64,000 nt of DNA, from NCBI GenBank assembly GCA_017482485.1, contig JAFUMV010000081.1, positions 4,981-68,980 on the forward strand, read 5' to 3'. A program made the position numbers and the translations under genes. Positions within the stretch are counted from its first letter, which is position 1; the number at the start of each line of letters is the position of its first letter. This stretch comes from Lachnospiraceae bacterium (GTDB lineage Bacteria; Bacillota; Clostridia; Lachnospirales; Lachnospiraceae). This document shows positions 28,191 to 37,867 of the stretch, one piece after another. The notes under the pieces were generated by a model. That model was not told where the DNA came from, did no database searches, and saw only the letters and a list, made by a program, of their open reading frames with translations.

Positions 28191-29006
28191 ATGAAGAATC
28201 AGAAAAAACTGTTGGCGGCAATCGGTGCGGTAGGTACATATTTATTTGCAGTTGCGCCGAGGCTGTATGACAGACCGGAGCGGATGCCGAAGGTCTATTA
28301 TGCCCACAGAGGCCTGCATGACAACATTTCGGATGCACCGGAAAATAGCATGGCCGCGTTTCGCAAGGCTGTGGATGCAGGTTATGGAATTGAGCTGGAT
28401 GTTCAGCTGACGAAGGATGGAAAAGTTGTTGTAGTCCATGATTTTGGGTTAAAAAGACTCTGCCATGTGGACGGTCAGGTGGACAGCTTTACCTATGAAG
28501 AGCTGCAGCGGTTTAACATCTATGACAGCCAGGAGCATATTCCGCTGTTTACGGAAGTTCTGAAGCTGGTGGATGGCAGGGTGCCTCTGATTGTGGAACT
28601 GAAGTATAAAAACGGCAGCAATATCTGCGAAAAGGCGCAGGAGATTTTAAATGGGTATCAGGGCATTTACTGCATTGAATCTTTCCATCCGCAGGTGCTT
28701 ATGTGGTATAAGTCAAATTATCCCTACATCTGCAGGGGACAATTATCCATGAACTATCAGCGTGACGGGGAAAGAGGCAAAGCAGTGTATCATGTGATGC
28801 GCCATCTTTTGACCAACTTTTTGACAAAGCCGGATTTTATCGCATATGACTGTCGTGCGATGCATGCGGTATCAAAGAACATCTGCCGCAACCTGTTTGG
28901 CTGTCCCTCCGTTGCCTGGACTGTAAAATGTCAGGCGCAGCTGGATGCCTGCCGGAAGTATTATGATTATTTTATTTTTGAGGGATTTGAGCCTGACAAA
29001 CTATAG
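28191..29006 (+). CDS. Glycerophosphodiester phosphodiesterase (GDPD family)
   Basis: AHRGLH, PENSMAAF, GIELDVQLTKDG..VVVHD and IVELK motifs. Confidence 0.92.
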   Translation: MKNQKKLLAAIGAVGTYLFAVAPRLYDRPERMPKVYYAHRGLHDNISDAPENSMAAFRKAVDAGYGIELDVQLTKDGKVVVVHDFGLKRLCHVDGQVDSFTYEELQRFNIYDSQEHIPLFTEVLKLVDGRVPLIVELKYKNGSNICEKAQEILNGYQGIYCIESFHPQVLMWYKSNYPYICRGQLSMNYQRDGERGKAVYHVMRHLLTNFLTKPDFIAYDCRAMHAVSKNICRNLFGCPSVAWTVKCQAQLDACRKYYDYFIFEGFEPDKL

Positions 29007-29073
29007 CAGGAATAGAGTTTAAAAGCTTCTGCCTGCTGCAAAAGGCAAATGAAAATCCCAAAAGGAGTATGAC

Positions 29074-29574
29074 GTGCATAATCAGTTAACAGAAAGTGAT
29101 ATCAAAAAAATGCAGGAAGAGATCGAGTACCGCAAGCTGGTGGTGCGCAGGGAGGCGCTGGAGGATGTGAAGGCTGCCAGAGCCCAGGGCGATCTTTCGG
29201 AAAATTTTGAGTATTACGCAGCAAAAAAATTTAAAAACAAAAATGAAGGACGTATCCGGTTCCTGGAGCGCATGATTCGGACTGCAGAAGTAATTTCTGA
29301 TGAGTCGGCCGAGGATGAAGTGGGTGTAAATAATAAGGTTGACGTTTTCTTTGAAGAGGATGATGAGACAGAAACCTATAAAATTGTGACCACTATGCGG
29401 CAGAATTCTTTAGAAAATCTGATTTCCACAGAATCGCCGCTTGGGAAGGCCCTGATGGGACATAAAGTCGGTGACCGGGTTTATGTGGAAATCGGAAATG
29501 GAAACGGTTATTATGTGACGATTAAAGCGATTGATAAATCAGAAGGCGATGAGGAAGCGCTCAGGAGCTTTTGA
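29074..29574 (+). CDS. greA: Transcription elongation factor GreA
   Basis: ARAQGDLSENFEYYAAK and ISTESPLGKALMG motifs. GTG start after AAGGAG. Confidence 0.92.
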   Translation: MHNQLTESDIKKMQEEIEYRKLVVRREALEDVKAARAQGDLSENFEYYAAKKFKNKNEGRIRFLERMIRTAEVISDESAEDEVGVNNKVDVFFEEDDETETYKIVTTMRQNSLENLISTESPLGKALMGHKVGDRVYVEIGNGNGYYVTIKAIDKSEGDEEALRSF

Positions 29575-29662
29575 ATACGGATTTTAAAAATCAGACGTTG
29601 GGGCAAAAGGTCTGGCCGGCTGTGCCGATATGACTTTATGCACAAATAATGAAAATGTAAAA

Positions 29663-29683
29663 GGCCTGGAGTTCCTCCAGGCC
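29663..29683. terminator. Hairpin between convergent greA and recQ
   Basis: GGCCTGGAG-TTC-CTCCAGGCC. Confidence 0.5.
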
Positions 29684-29702
29684 CGATTTGTTTTGTTCGT
29701 CT

Positions 29703-31613
29703 TTATATTTCCGGATCGCCGGCCAGTTCCTGACAGAGCTTCAAAAACTGTTCCCCATATTTTTGATATTTCAGTTCGCCCACGCCGTGAACGGTGAGCA
29801 TTTCCTCTTTGGTCTGGGGCAGAAGCACGCACATGGATTCCAGTGTTTTGTCGGAGAACACAAGATAAGGAGGAATATGCTGTGCGCGGGCGATTTCGGT
29901 TCGAAGCTTGCGGAGCGATTCGAAGGGAGCAGAGCCGGTCCGGGGGGCAGAAGCATGCTTTTTGCTGCCGGAAGATGCTGAGGTTTCGCCGGAGAATGTT
30001 CCGTAAGCGGAGGCCTTGTCGCCTTTGGATGGTGTCTGTGTCGTTTTTCTGGCAGCCTTCATGGTCAGAACCGGGCGGAAGTCACCGGCCTCCGAAAAGA
30101 AGGACAAGCCCTTTTCTTTTACTTTGACAATGGGATACTGATCATCGGTAACCACCAGATATTCCGTCAGAACCAGATAATTGAGAACCTGACGCAAAAA
30201 AACGATGGTTTCATTGGCCTGGGAGCCATAGTAGTGGTTTTCATTGAGCTGAAAACGAAGCACCTTTTCGCTTTTGCTTCCACGCAGTGCATCCAGAATC
30301 ACATTGACGCCATAGCGCATGCCGCTGGTGAGAACACAGCCGATCATGTCGTTGGCGATTTGGGTAATATCAACAGTTTCAAAAGTGTGGAGGCAATTGG
30401 AACAGTTGCCGCAATAACCCGCTCCGTACTCCCCAAAATAGCGCAGCATGTAGTCTCTTAAACAGTCCGGAGTGTGACAGTAAAAAGTCATTTTTTTCAG
30501 ACGCTCGCGATCTCTTTGCCGCACCAGTTCCAGCGCTTCACCGGTGAGTTCCTCATTGTCTCTGTTTTGCTCAATAAAAAACTGGTTGGTGATCACATCC
30601 TGACCGCTGTAAAAAAGAATGCAGTCAGCAGCGGCGCCGTCTCTGCCGGCACGACCGGCCTCCTGATAATAGCTTTCCATGTTTTTTGGCATGTTGTAGT
30701 GCAGCACAAAGCGGACGTTGGATTTGTCAATGCCCATGCCGAAAGCATTGGTTGCCACCATGATGGGAGTTTCATCGTAGGTAAAGGCTTCCTGGTTGGA
30801 ACGGCGTTCTGCATCGGAAAGCCCTGCGTGATATCTGGTGGCAGCAAAACCGTCGGAAATGAGGCGGTCACAGACTTCTTCCACATTCTTGCGGGTTGCG
30901 CAGTAAATAATTCCGGAAGAATCCGGATGGGCATTTAAGTATTGCAGAATCCCTCCGTATTTATCCTTATCGTGACGGACTTCAAAGTAGAGGTTTTTCC
31001 GGTCGAATCCTGTCACGGTCATGTGAGGATCGGAAAGATTCAGCATGCGGATGATGTCCTCTTTTACTTCGCGGGTTGCCGTTGCGGTGAACGCGCCGAT
31101 GACGGGCCTGGTGGGAAGCTGCTGGACAAAATCGGGAATTTTTAAATAGCTGGGACGAAAATCCTGGCCCCACTGAGAAACGCAGTGCGCTTCATCAACG
31201 GCCAGCATGGAAATCGGGGCATGAACCGCGAAGTCAAGAAAATCCTCTGTCAAAAGCCGTTCCGGTGCCACATAGATAATTTTGTAACGGCACTCCTTCG
31301 CCAGTGCCAGCGCTTTAAGATATTGATGATAGGTGAGGGAGCTGTTCAAATAAGCAGCGTGAACTCCCATCTGATTCAGCGCCCGAACCTGGTCCTTCAT
31401 CAGCGAAATCAGCGGAGAAATGACCAGGGTGATGCCGGGCAGAATCAGAGCAGGCACCTGGTAGCAGACAGATTTTCCGGCACCGGTAGGCATGATGCCG
31501 CACACATCCCGGTTGGAAAGCAGGCAGTCAATCAACTCTTCCTGACCGTCCCGGAAGCTGTCATATCCATAATATGTTTTTAAAATTTCGTATTTCTCTT
31601 TTGGTGTATTCAT
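29703..31613 (-). CDS. recQ: ATP-dependent DNA helicase RecQ
   Basis: MPTGAGKS, VDEAHCVSQWGQDFRPSY, YYQEAGRAGRDG, a Cys cluster and a C-terminal HRDC domain. Start set at ATG 31613, behind GAGG. Confidence 0.95.
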   Translation of the reverse strand: MNTPKEKYEILKTYYGYDSFRDGQEELIDCLLSNRDVCGIMPTGAGKSVCYQVPALILPGITLVISPLISLMKDQVRALNQMGVHAAYLNSSLTYHQYLKALALAKECRYKIIYVAPERLLTEDFLDFAVHAPISMLAVDEAHCVSQWGQDFRPSYLKIPDFVQQLPTRPVIGAFTATATREVKEDIIRMLNLSDPHMTVTGFDRKNLYFEVRHDKDKYGGILQYLNAHPDSSGIIYCATRKNVEEVCDRLISDGFAATRYHAGLSDAERRSNQEAFTYDETPIMVATNAFGMGIDKSNVRFVLHYNMPKNMESYYQEAGRAGRDGAAADCILFYSGQDVITNQFFIEQNRDNEELTGEALELVRQRDRERLKKMTFYCHTPDCLRDYMLRYFGEYGAGYCGNCSNCLHTFETVDITQIANDMIGCVLTSGMRYGVNVILDALRGSKSEKVLRFQLNENHYYGSQANETIVFLRQVLNYLVLTEYLVVTDDQYPIVKVKEKGLSFFSEAGDFRPVLTMKAARKTTQTPSKGDKASAYGTFSGETSASSGSKKHASAPRTGSAPFESLRKLRTEIARAQHIPPYLVFSDKTLESMCVLLPQTKEEMLTVHGVGELKYQKYGEQFLKLCQELAGDPEI

Positions 31614-31663
31614 GTCCTCGATTCTAACATGAATTGTATTTGGGAGCAAGCCGGAATATTGGG

Positions 31664-31722
31664 TGTTGGGGGCAAAGACTTTTTGCCCCCAACGTTACGG
31701 TTCACTCCGTTTTCAGTAACAC
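31664..31722 (-). repeat. Family A repeat (31694-31722) with an adjacent perfect hairpin
   Basis: The minus strand reads GTGTTACTGAAAACGGAGTGAACCGTAAC, next to the hairpin GTTGGGGGCAAA/TTTGCCCCCAAC. Confidence 0.6.
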
Positions 31723-31759
31723 CCGGCATCAATATTGAACTGTCTTAGCACATTCCCTC

Positions 31760-31789
31760 TTGTACAGATCGGCCATCTTGAGGTATAAT
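31760..31789 (+). promoter_or_regulatory. SigA promoter for the AGE-family gene
   Basis: TTGTAC-18bp-TATAAT. Confidence 0.5.
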
Positions 31790-31934
31790 TCAGTTACAAT
31801 AAAATTTAGGGGAAGTTTCGCTGATGGGGTCTAACGAAACAACGGCATCTGCAGCCGGATGTCTGTTGTCAAAAAGGCCACGACACAACGAAAACACAAC
31901 AAAGCGAAAATAGAATGAGGAGAGGTAAACACCA

Positions 31935-33182
31935 ATGAGCGAAATCAGCAAAAAGTATCTGATCGGTACAAAAGAGAACGAAAAGTTCCAGGAAGAAATC
32001 CGTGAAGGACTGTTCAATTTCGGACACAAATTCCCTTCACCCGGCGGCGGTTCCTATTATCTTGGCGATGACGGAACACCCTGGACGGACAGAAATCGTG
32101 AGACATGGATCACCAGCCGTATGGTGCATGTATACAGCATCGCAAGTTTTTTAGGCCATGAAGGAGCCAAAGAACTGGCAGCAGCCGGCTTAAAGGGGCT
32201 GCAGGGCGAACTGCATGACAAGGTAAACGGCGGCTGGTATGCGGGCCTGACCTCCGAAGGAAAAATTGTTCCCACCAAACAGTGCTATGCACATGCTTTT
32301 GTGATTTTAGCGACTTCTTCCGCGACTCTGGCGGGAGTGGAAGGCGCAAAGGAACTTCTGGATGAAGCGCTGGCACTCTACGACCTTCGCTTCTGGAATG
32401 AAGAAGAAGGACTTTCCTGCGATACATGGAATACAGAATTCACCGTTCTGGACGACTACCGCGGACTGAATGCGAACATGCATACCGTGGAAGCTTTCCT
32501 GGCAGCTGCCGATGTGACCGGCGATGAGAAATATCGTGTGAGAGCAGGCCGCATCATTGACCATGTCGTTGGATGGGCAGAAGAGAATAACTGGAGAATT
32601 CCTGAGCATTTCTCCAAAGACTGGGTTGCTGATCTGGAATGCAACAAGGATAAACCCGATGATCAGTTCAAGCCTTACGGGGCAACGCCCGGACACGGCA
32701 TCGAATGGGCCAGACTGATCGCTCAGTGGGCGCTGTCCACCTATGAAAAAGGTACGGAAGGCGCTGAGAAATACATCGCAATTTCCGAGAGCCTTTACAA
32801 CAGAGCGATTGCGGATGCATGGAACGCTGACGGCGCGCCCGGCATCGCATACACTACCGATTGGGAAGGCAAGCCCGTGGTACATGACAGAATGCACTGG
32901 ACGCTGGCAGAAGCGATCAACACTTCCGCAGTTTTATATCAGGTGACCGGAAAAGACAAGTATGCTGCTGATTATGCTGAATTCATGCAGTATCTGGATG
33001 AGAAGGTTCTGGACCATGTGAACGGTTCCTGGTATCACCAGCTGGATTGCAATAACAACGTGATCGGCACGGTATGGCCCGGCAAATCCGACCTTTACCA
33101 TGCGGTACAGGCAACCCTGATTCCGTTCTATGCGGCAAACATTTCCATCGCTCCCGCGGTAAAGAATGAAAAGAAGATCTGA
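31935..33182 (+). CDS. AGE-family epimerase/isomerase, D-mannose isomerase-like
   Basis: YAHAFV, NANMHTVEAFL, PGHGIEWARL, HWTLAEA and KSDLYHA motifs of (alpha/alpha)6 AGE-family isomerases. Confidence 0.88.
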   Translation: MSEISKKYLIGTKENEKFQEEIREGLFNFGHKFPSPGGGSYYLGDDGTPWTDRNRETWITSRMVHVYSIASFLGHEGAKELAAAGLKGLQGELHDKVNGGWYAGLTSEGKIVPTKQCYAHAFVILATSSATLAGVEGAKELLDEALALYDLRFWNEEEGLSCDTWNTEFTVLDDYRGLNANMHTVEAFLAAADVTGDEKYRVRAGRIIDHVVGWAEENNWRIPEHFSKDWVADLECNKDKPDDQFKPYGATPGHGIEWARLIAQWALSTYEKGTEGAEKYIAISESLYNRAIADAWNADGAPGIAYTTDWEGKPVVHDRMHWTLAEAINTSAVLYQVTGKDKYAADYAEFMQYLDEKVLDHVNGSWYHQLDCNNNVIGTVWPGKSDLYHAVQATLIPFYAANISIAPAVKNEKKI

Positions 33183-33201
33183 TTTTTAACACAGTAAAAA
33201 G

Positions 33202-33238
33202 AAACGGCTCAAAACACAATCGGTTTTGAGCCGTTTTT
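33202..33238. terminator. Bidirectional intrinsic terminator
   Basis: AAACGGCTCAAAAC/GTTTTGAGCCGTTT between convergent genes. Confidence 0.75.
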
Positions 33239-33265
33239 ACGGTGGATGCGCCTGGCGGTGCATGT

Positions 33266-35047
33266 TTATCGGAAGTCAAAGGAAAAGATGGTCGTGGTAT
33301 CGCTGCCGCCCCAGTTGGAAAGGGGAGTCAGCCGCAGCCGGCTGATTTTTTGGTCGATGGGGATGCAGTAAGCGCGGTTTAAGTTTTTTTCTGTCCTGTA
33401 TAGAATAACCGGGCCATTCTCTGTCATTGCTTCCAGAATAAATCCCTTGCACAGGGTTTGGGGAACATAAAACTGCGGACTGTCAAGCAGCGTGTTGCAG
33501 CGCATGCTGTGCTGCTGTTCACATTGTGTGCCGGGCAGCGTTTTTCTGTTCAAATCGCTGTCAAAGGTTATGTGAACAGTGGAAACGGCTTCCAATTTAC
33601 TGAATTCGTATGTGAGCGGACTGCCGTTTTTGATTTTTACACCACAGCGGGCGTTTCCGTATATTCTGTGGGGACGGTCTTCGCCGTTTTTGAGCGAGTC
33701 GTCTCCGTTTATTAAATCAGTTTCTTTACACAGCGGGCTGATTTGTCGTTTCCGGTTCGGAATAAAGCAGTCGCTGTCCAGAAGTCTGTTTTGCAGAAGG
33801 GCGAGCTTCTGCAGGTATACCTCATGCGGAGTAAGATTATATTCTGCTGCTATTGCTGCGGCTGTGCCGATTGCCTGCCCCATAACTGCGCAGGTCATCA
33901 TAACCCGTATGCTGCTCATTGCCATATGTGTCATACTGATGTTTCGGCCGGCAAAAAACAGATTGGACACATTTTTGGAATACATGGAGCGATAGGGGAT
34001 GCAGTATGGTGCGGGGGTGAAAAAATTGGTGTTGGGCTTTCCTTTGTGATAAAATCCGTCCGGAAAGTGATCATCAAGCGGCCAGCCGCCGTATGCAACC
34101 GTATCTTCAAACTGCCGGTTTTCGGATATGTCCCTTTCCGTAATGATGTATTCGCCGACCATTCTGCGCGATTCGCGCTTGCCGGGCAGAAAACCGAGAA
34201 AATCAAGCTCCCAGTTATCGGCCTGAAAATTGCCGGAATTTTTAATATAGTCCCAGGTGCCTATGGCCAGCGGAATGAGCTTTCCGGCAATTTCTTCCGT
34301 ATCGGTGATGGTGTCGCGGTTTCCGCCAAGTTCGAGATACCAGTAATTTTCAGATGTATTATAGATATCGGGATTTCTGTCCTGAAAGCTGTCGGCCGTA
34401 AGAGGGGTGCTCCAGTCCGGCGGAGTGAATTTGACGGGGCGCTGTGTTTCGCGCCCCTGAATCAGACAGCTCATTCCCATGGTCAGATCGTCAGGTTCTT
34501 TCACATGCGTATTTTCACCGAATTCATCAGCGCTTTCACGGCCCATGCGAAACTGTGCGCCGGTGAGAGGGGCAAGAATGCTGTCTCCGGAACAGTCCGC
34601 ATAATTCGTACAGCGAACTTCATAAAACATCTGTGTTGTCATCTGATAGCCCGTCACAGAAGTTATTTTTATGTCGCGGCCGCAGCCGAAATCCCCTTTT
34701 TGTATTTGGGCATCCATGCAGGTACAATTCAAAAGGAGCGTAATGTTTTTTTCACGTATTACGAAATCGTACAGCACGGTATCCCATATGTAATAGTTCT
34801 TCGTGGGATTGCGATAATAATTTTCGAGGGCGATTTCTTCTGCGATTCCTGTCTCGCGGTTATTTTCGCCTCTGGAACCGCATATCCACATTCTGATTTC
34901 CGAAGAAGCGTTCCCGCCAAGCACGGGGCGTTCGTGCATCAGAACCACCTTCGCACCGTTTCTTGCGGCAGCAATTGCCGCGCACATTCCGGCCAGTCCG
35001 CCGCCGACCACACATAAATCGGCACTGATAATTTCTCTGTTCAGCAT
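33266..35047 (-). CDS. FAD-dependent oxidoreductase (FAD_oxidored/PF12831-like)
   Basis: VVGGGLAG, LGGNASSEIR, DCSGD, RESRRMVGEY, YCIPYRSM and AGRNIS motifs. Confidence 0.9.
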   Translation of the reverse strand: MLNREIISADLCVVGGGLAGMCAAIAAARNGAKVVLMHERPVLGGNASSEIRMWICGSRGENNRETGIAEEIALENYYRNPTKNYYIWDTVLYDFVIREKNITLLLNCTCMDAQIQKGDFGCGRDIKITSVTGYQMTTQMFYEVRCTNYADCSGDSILAPLTGAQFRMGRESADEFGENTHVKEPDDLTMGMSCLIQGRETQRPVKFTPPDWSTPLTADSFQDRNPDIYNTSENYWYLELGGNRDTITDTEEIAGKLIPLAIGTWDYIKNSGNFQADNWELDFLGFLPGKRESRRMVGEYIITERDISENRQFEDTVAYGGWPLDDHFPDGFYHKGKPNTNFFTPAPYCIPYRSMYSKNVSNLFFAGRNISMTHMAMSSIRVMMTCAVMGQAIGTAAAIAAEYNLTPHEVYLQKLALLQNRLLDSDCFIPNRKRQISPLCKETDLINGDDSLKNGEDRPHRIYGNARCGVKIKNGSPLTYEFSKLEAVSTVHITFDSDLNRKTLPGTQCEQQHSMRCNTLLDSPQFYVPQTLCKGFILEAMTENGPVILYRTEKNLNRAYCIPIDQKISRLRLTPLSNWGGSDTTTIFSFDFR

Positions 35048-35242
35048 ACCCTTTGATGTAACAGCTCAGTCAGCGCAAAAACGCAAAAGGCTGTACCTGC
35101 TCTGTTACTTCTCCTTCCTTTTTTCTATTGTTTGAGCTTGACATTTTTTGCTCTGCATGATAATACAATAACAAAAATTTTTGTGGAATTCTTGCAGTTT
35201 TCAGCATGAAAATATCAAAAAAGTGCATGGAAAGCGGGACGA

Positions 35243-36094
35243 ATGCATGCAGAGAAAATGAACGGTAACTTTATGCTTAAGGAAAAAACGGAAGAGAAGA
35301 TTGCAGCATATATTGAATATTTGAAAAAGGAACATGATCTGTCCGTTTCGATACATCCGGCGGGCAAATATGCATATGTTTTTTTTCGCGCCAAAAAGCT
35401 GCGTGACTATAATATACATACCAATCCATACTGTTTCCGAGTGAAAAATGATCGCGCAAATCACCGGAAATGTATCAGATGTCAGGAAATGGTCCTGCTC
35501 AGATGCAAATCGGATGAAAGCTATACGGGCGTGTGTTATGCCGGAGTTGCAGAATATGTGCACAGAATTTCGGTGGATGATACGGTGGCAGGATTTATCA
35601 GCATAAGCGGATACAGAGATAAGAAGATTTTACCCGGAAAAGATAAATACTACGATGAAAACATGAAAAAAGAAGAAATTCCGGTGCAGCTTCTGGACAC
35701 ATTGATTTCGCCGCTCAGCATAATGATTGAAAAACTCATAGCTGAAATAAAGTGTGACGATGACGAGGATGATGTGTATTCACAAATCCTCAGATATCTG
35801 GAAGAATATCATATGGATGTTTCTGTTCATGAGCTTGCCGAAAGGTTTTGCTTCAGCAGATCATATATAAGTCACATGTTTAAAAAAAGAAGCGGATATG
35901 GGTTGAAGCAATATTGTAATTTGCTGAAAATAAAGGACGCAAAGGCACTGCTTGAGGGCACGGAAATGAGCGTATCAGAGGTTGCTTTTTCCGTGGGATT
36001 TAACAATTTCAGCTATTTCATCAATACCTTCAAAAAAGTGACCGGAAAAACGCCGCTGGAGTGGCGGTTTGACCGTAAAAAAATCCATATATAA
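35243..36094 (+). CDS. AraC family regulator with PocR-like N-terminal sensor
   Basis: Cys-containing N-terminus (NPYC..VK...CIRC..CYAG); C-terminal VGFNNFSYFINTFKK. The true start may be a few codons downstream. Confidence 0.88.
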   Translation: MHAEKMNGNFMLKEKTEEKIAAYIEYLKKEHDLSVSIHPAGKYAYVFFRAKKLRDYNIHTNPYCFRVKNDRANHRKCIRCQEMVLLRCKSDESYTGVCYAGVAEYVHRISVDDTVAGFISISGYRDKKILPGKDKYYDENMKKEEIPVQLLDTLISPLSIMIEKLIAEIKCDDDEDDVYSQILRYLEEYHMDVSVHELAERFCFSRSYISHMFKKRSGYGLKQYCNLLKIKDAKALLEGTEMSVSEVAFSVGFNNFSYFINTFKKVTGKTPLEWRFDRKKIHI

Positions 36095-36219
36095 TCTGAG
36101 ATTTTTTCGGCTTGACAGTTTGAAAAAAACAAAGCAGTATATAAGTATCAATGGTGAACCGTCGTATGGGGACTGTCGGGGGAACAGCGCAAAGACGGTA
36201 CACACAAGGAGGAGATCGT

Positions 36220-37509
36220 ATGAAAGAAAATTTACCTGAATCATTAAAAAAATTGATCGGCGTGGTGGAAGAAAAGTTTGCCGATGACCCGGAAATGGTG
36301 CAGCTGTTTATCACCTGTTTTACCAATACTCTGGACACCACCGTGAAAAAGATGCCTGACGGAACCACCCACGTGATTACCGGCGACATTCCGGCGATGT
36401 GGCTGCGCGATTCCGTGGCACAGCTTCGTCCTTATCTGATCGCAGCAGCGCAGGACAGTGAAATTGCGGATCTTTTAGTCGGCCTGTCTAAAAGACAGTT
36501 TTTCTTCATCAATCACGACCCATATGCCAACGCTTTTAATCAGGAGGCAAACGGCAATCACTGGGCGCCGGAAGACATCGGCATGTCCGACTGGATCTGG
36601 GAGAGAAAATATGAAATTGACTCCCTGTGCTATCCTGTTCAGTTCGCCTATCTGATCTGGAAGAATACAGGCAGAACCGATCATTTCGATGAGAATTTCG
36701 TAAACGGCATCCGCACTATTTTAAACGTGTGGAAAACAGAGCAGTACCACGAAGAAAAGTCGGAATACCGTTTTGAAAGAAAGGGCGGCTATTTCCTGGA
36801 CACCCTGTCCAGAGAGGGAAAAGGCGCTCTGGTAAAATCCGGCGTGGGTCTGATCTGGTCCGCGTTCCGTCCCAGCGATGATGCCTGCGTATACGGTTAT
36901 CTGATTCCTTCCAACATGTTTGCCACCGTTGTTCTGGGCTATGTGGAAACCATTGCAAAGGAAATCCTCAAGGACGAGGAACTTGCCAAAGAAGCGGCTC
37001 AGATGAAAAAGGAAATCCACGATGCGATCGAAACCATCGGCATTGTTTCCAGCTGGTATTACGGTAAGATTTATGCCTACGAGACAGATGGATACGGACA
37101 GTACCTGCTGATGGACGATGCCAATGTTCCCAGCCTTCTGGCAATGGATTATCTGGGATACGAAGCGACCGACCGTGAGGTGGTGGAAAGCACCAGAAAG
37201 TTCATCTTAAGCAACGGCAATCCCTATTACTTTGAGGGCGAGAAAGCAAAAGGCATCGGCAGCCCGCACACCTATGTGAACTACATCTGGCACATCGCTC
37301 TGGCAATTCAGGGCCTGACCAGCAAAACCCGGGAAGAAAAACTGGAAATTTTAAAGACCATGAAGGCTACCGACGGCGGCAAGGGCATGATGCACGAGGG
37401 CTTCGATGTGAATGACCCCACGAAATATACCCGTGAGTGGTTCTCCTGGCCCAACGCGCTGTTCTGTGAACTGATGCTGGATTACTGCGGCATCCGTGTG
37501 AAAAAATAA
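36220..37509 (+). CDS. GH125 exo-alpha-1,6-mannosidase
   Basis: TGDIPAMWLRDS, WERKYEIDSL, FRPSDD, MDDANVPSLL, GIGSPHT and REWFSWPN motifs. ATG 36220 follows AGGAGG. Confidence 0.95.
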   Translation: MKENLPESLKKLIGVVEEKFADDPEMVQLFITCFTNTLDTTVKKMPDGTTHVITGDIPAMWLRDSVAQLRPYLIAAAQDSEIADLLVGLSKRQFFFINHDPYANAFNQEANGNHWAPEDIGMSDWIWERKYEIDSLCYPVQFAYLIWKNTGRTDHFDENFVNGIRTILNVWKTEQYHEEKSEYRFERKGGYFLDTLSREGKGALVKSGVGLIWSAFRPSDDACVYGYLIPSNMFATVVLGYVETIAKEILKDEELAKEAAQMKKEIHDAIETIGIVSSWYYGKIYAYETDGYGQYLLMDDANVPSLLAMDYLGYEATDREVVESTRKFILSNGNPYYFEGEKAKGIGSPHTYVNYIWHIALAIQGLTSKTREEKLEILKTMKATDGGKGMMHEGFDVNDPTKYTREWFSWPNALFCELMLDYCGIRVKK

Positions 37510-37520
37510 TATAAAAAATT

Positions 37521-37554
37521 GCAGGTCCCCGGCGCAGTGCTCCGGGGACTGTTT
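37521..37554 (+). terminator. Hairpin/terminator after GH125
   Basis: GTCCCCGG...CCGGGGAC followed by TGTTT. Confidence 0.55.
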
Positions 37555-37593
37555 CGAGTGAAATCACAATCGGTTTTTATTTGCGTTAATGCC

Positions 37594-37622
37594 TTGCAGT
37601 ATCCCTAACAAATAGTTATAAT
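37594..37622 (+). promoter_or_regulatory. SigA promoter for the GH3-GH20(-GH2) genes
   Basis: TTGCAG-17bp-TATAAT. Confidence 0.55.
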
Positions 37623-37867
37623 ATAGTTATCATAAGTTAACGTAACTGTTTAAAGTCATGCACAGAAGAGGCGAAATACGGCAGCAGAGCAGCAGCGAAG
37701 CCGCAAAAAAACTTCGCAGGGCAGATACACAAGAAATTGGCCGAAAATACCCTGATTTATGCCACCTGCAAACCGTTACGTAAATTAACAAAAATTAACA
37801 CGGATGGTATACAAAATCAGGGAGGACACCATTCGCGAAAAAATGAAAAGCAGGGGGAGGTTGATGA

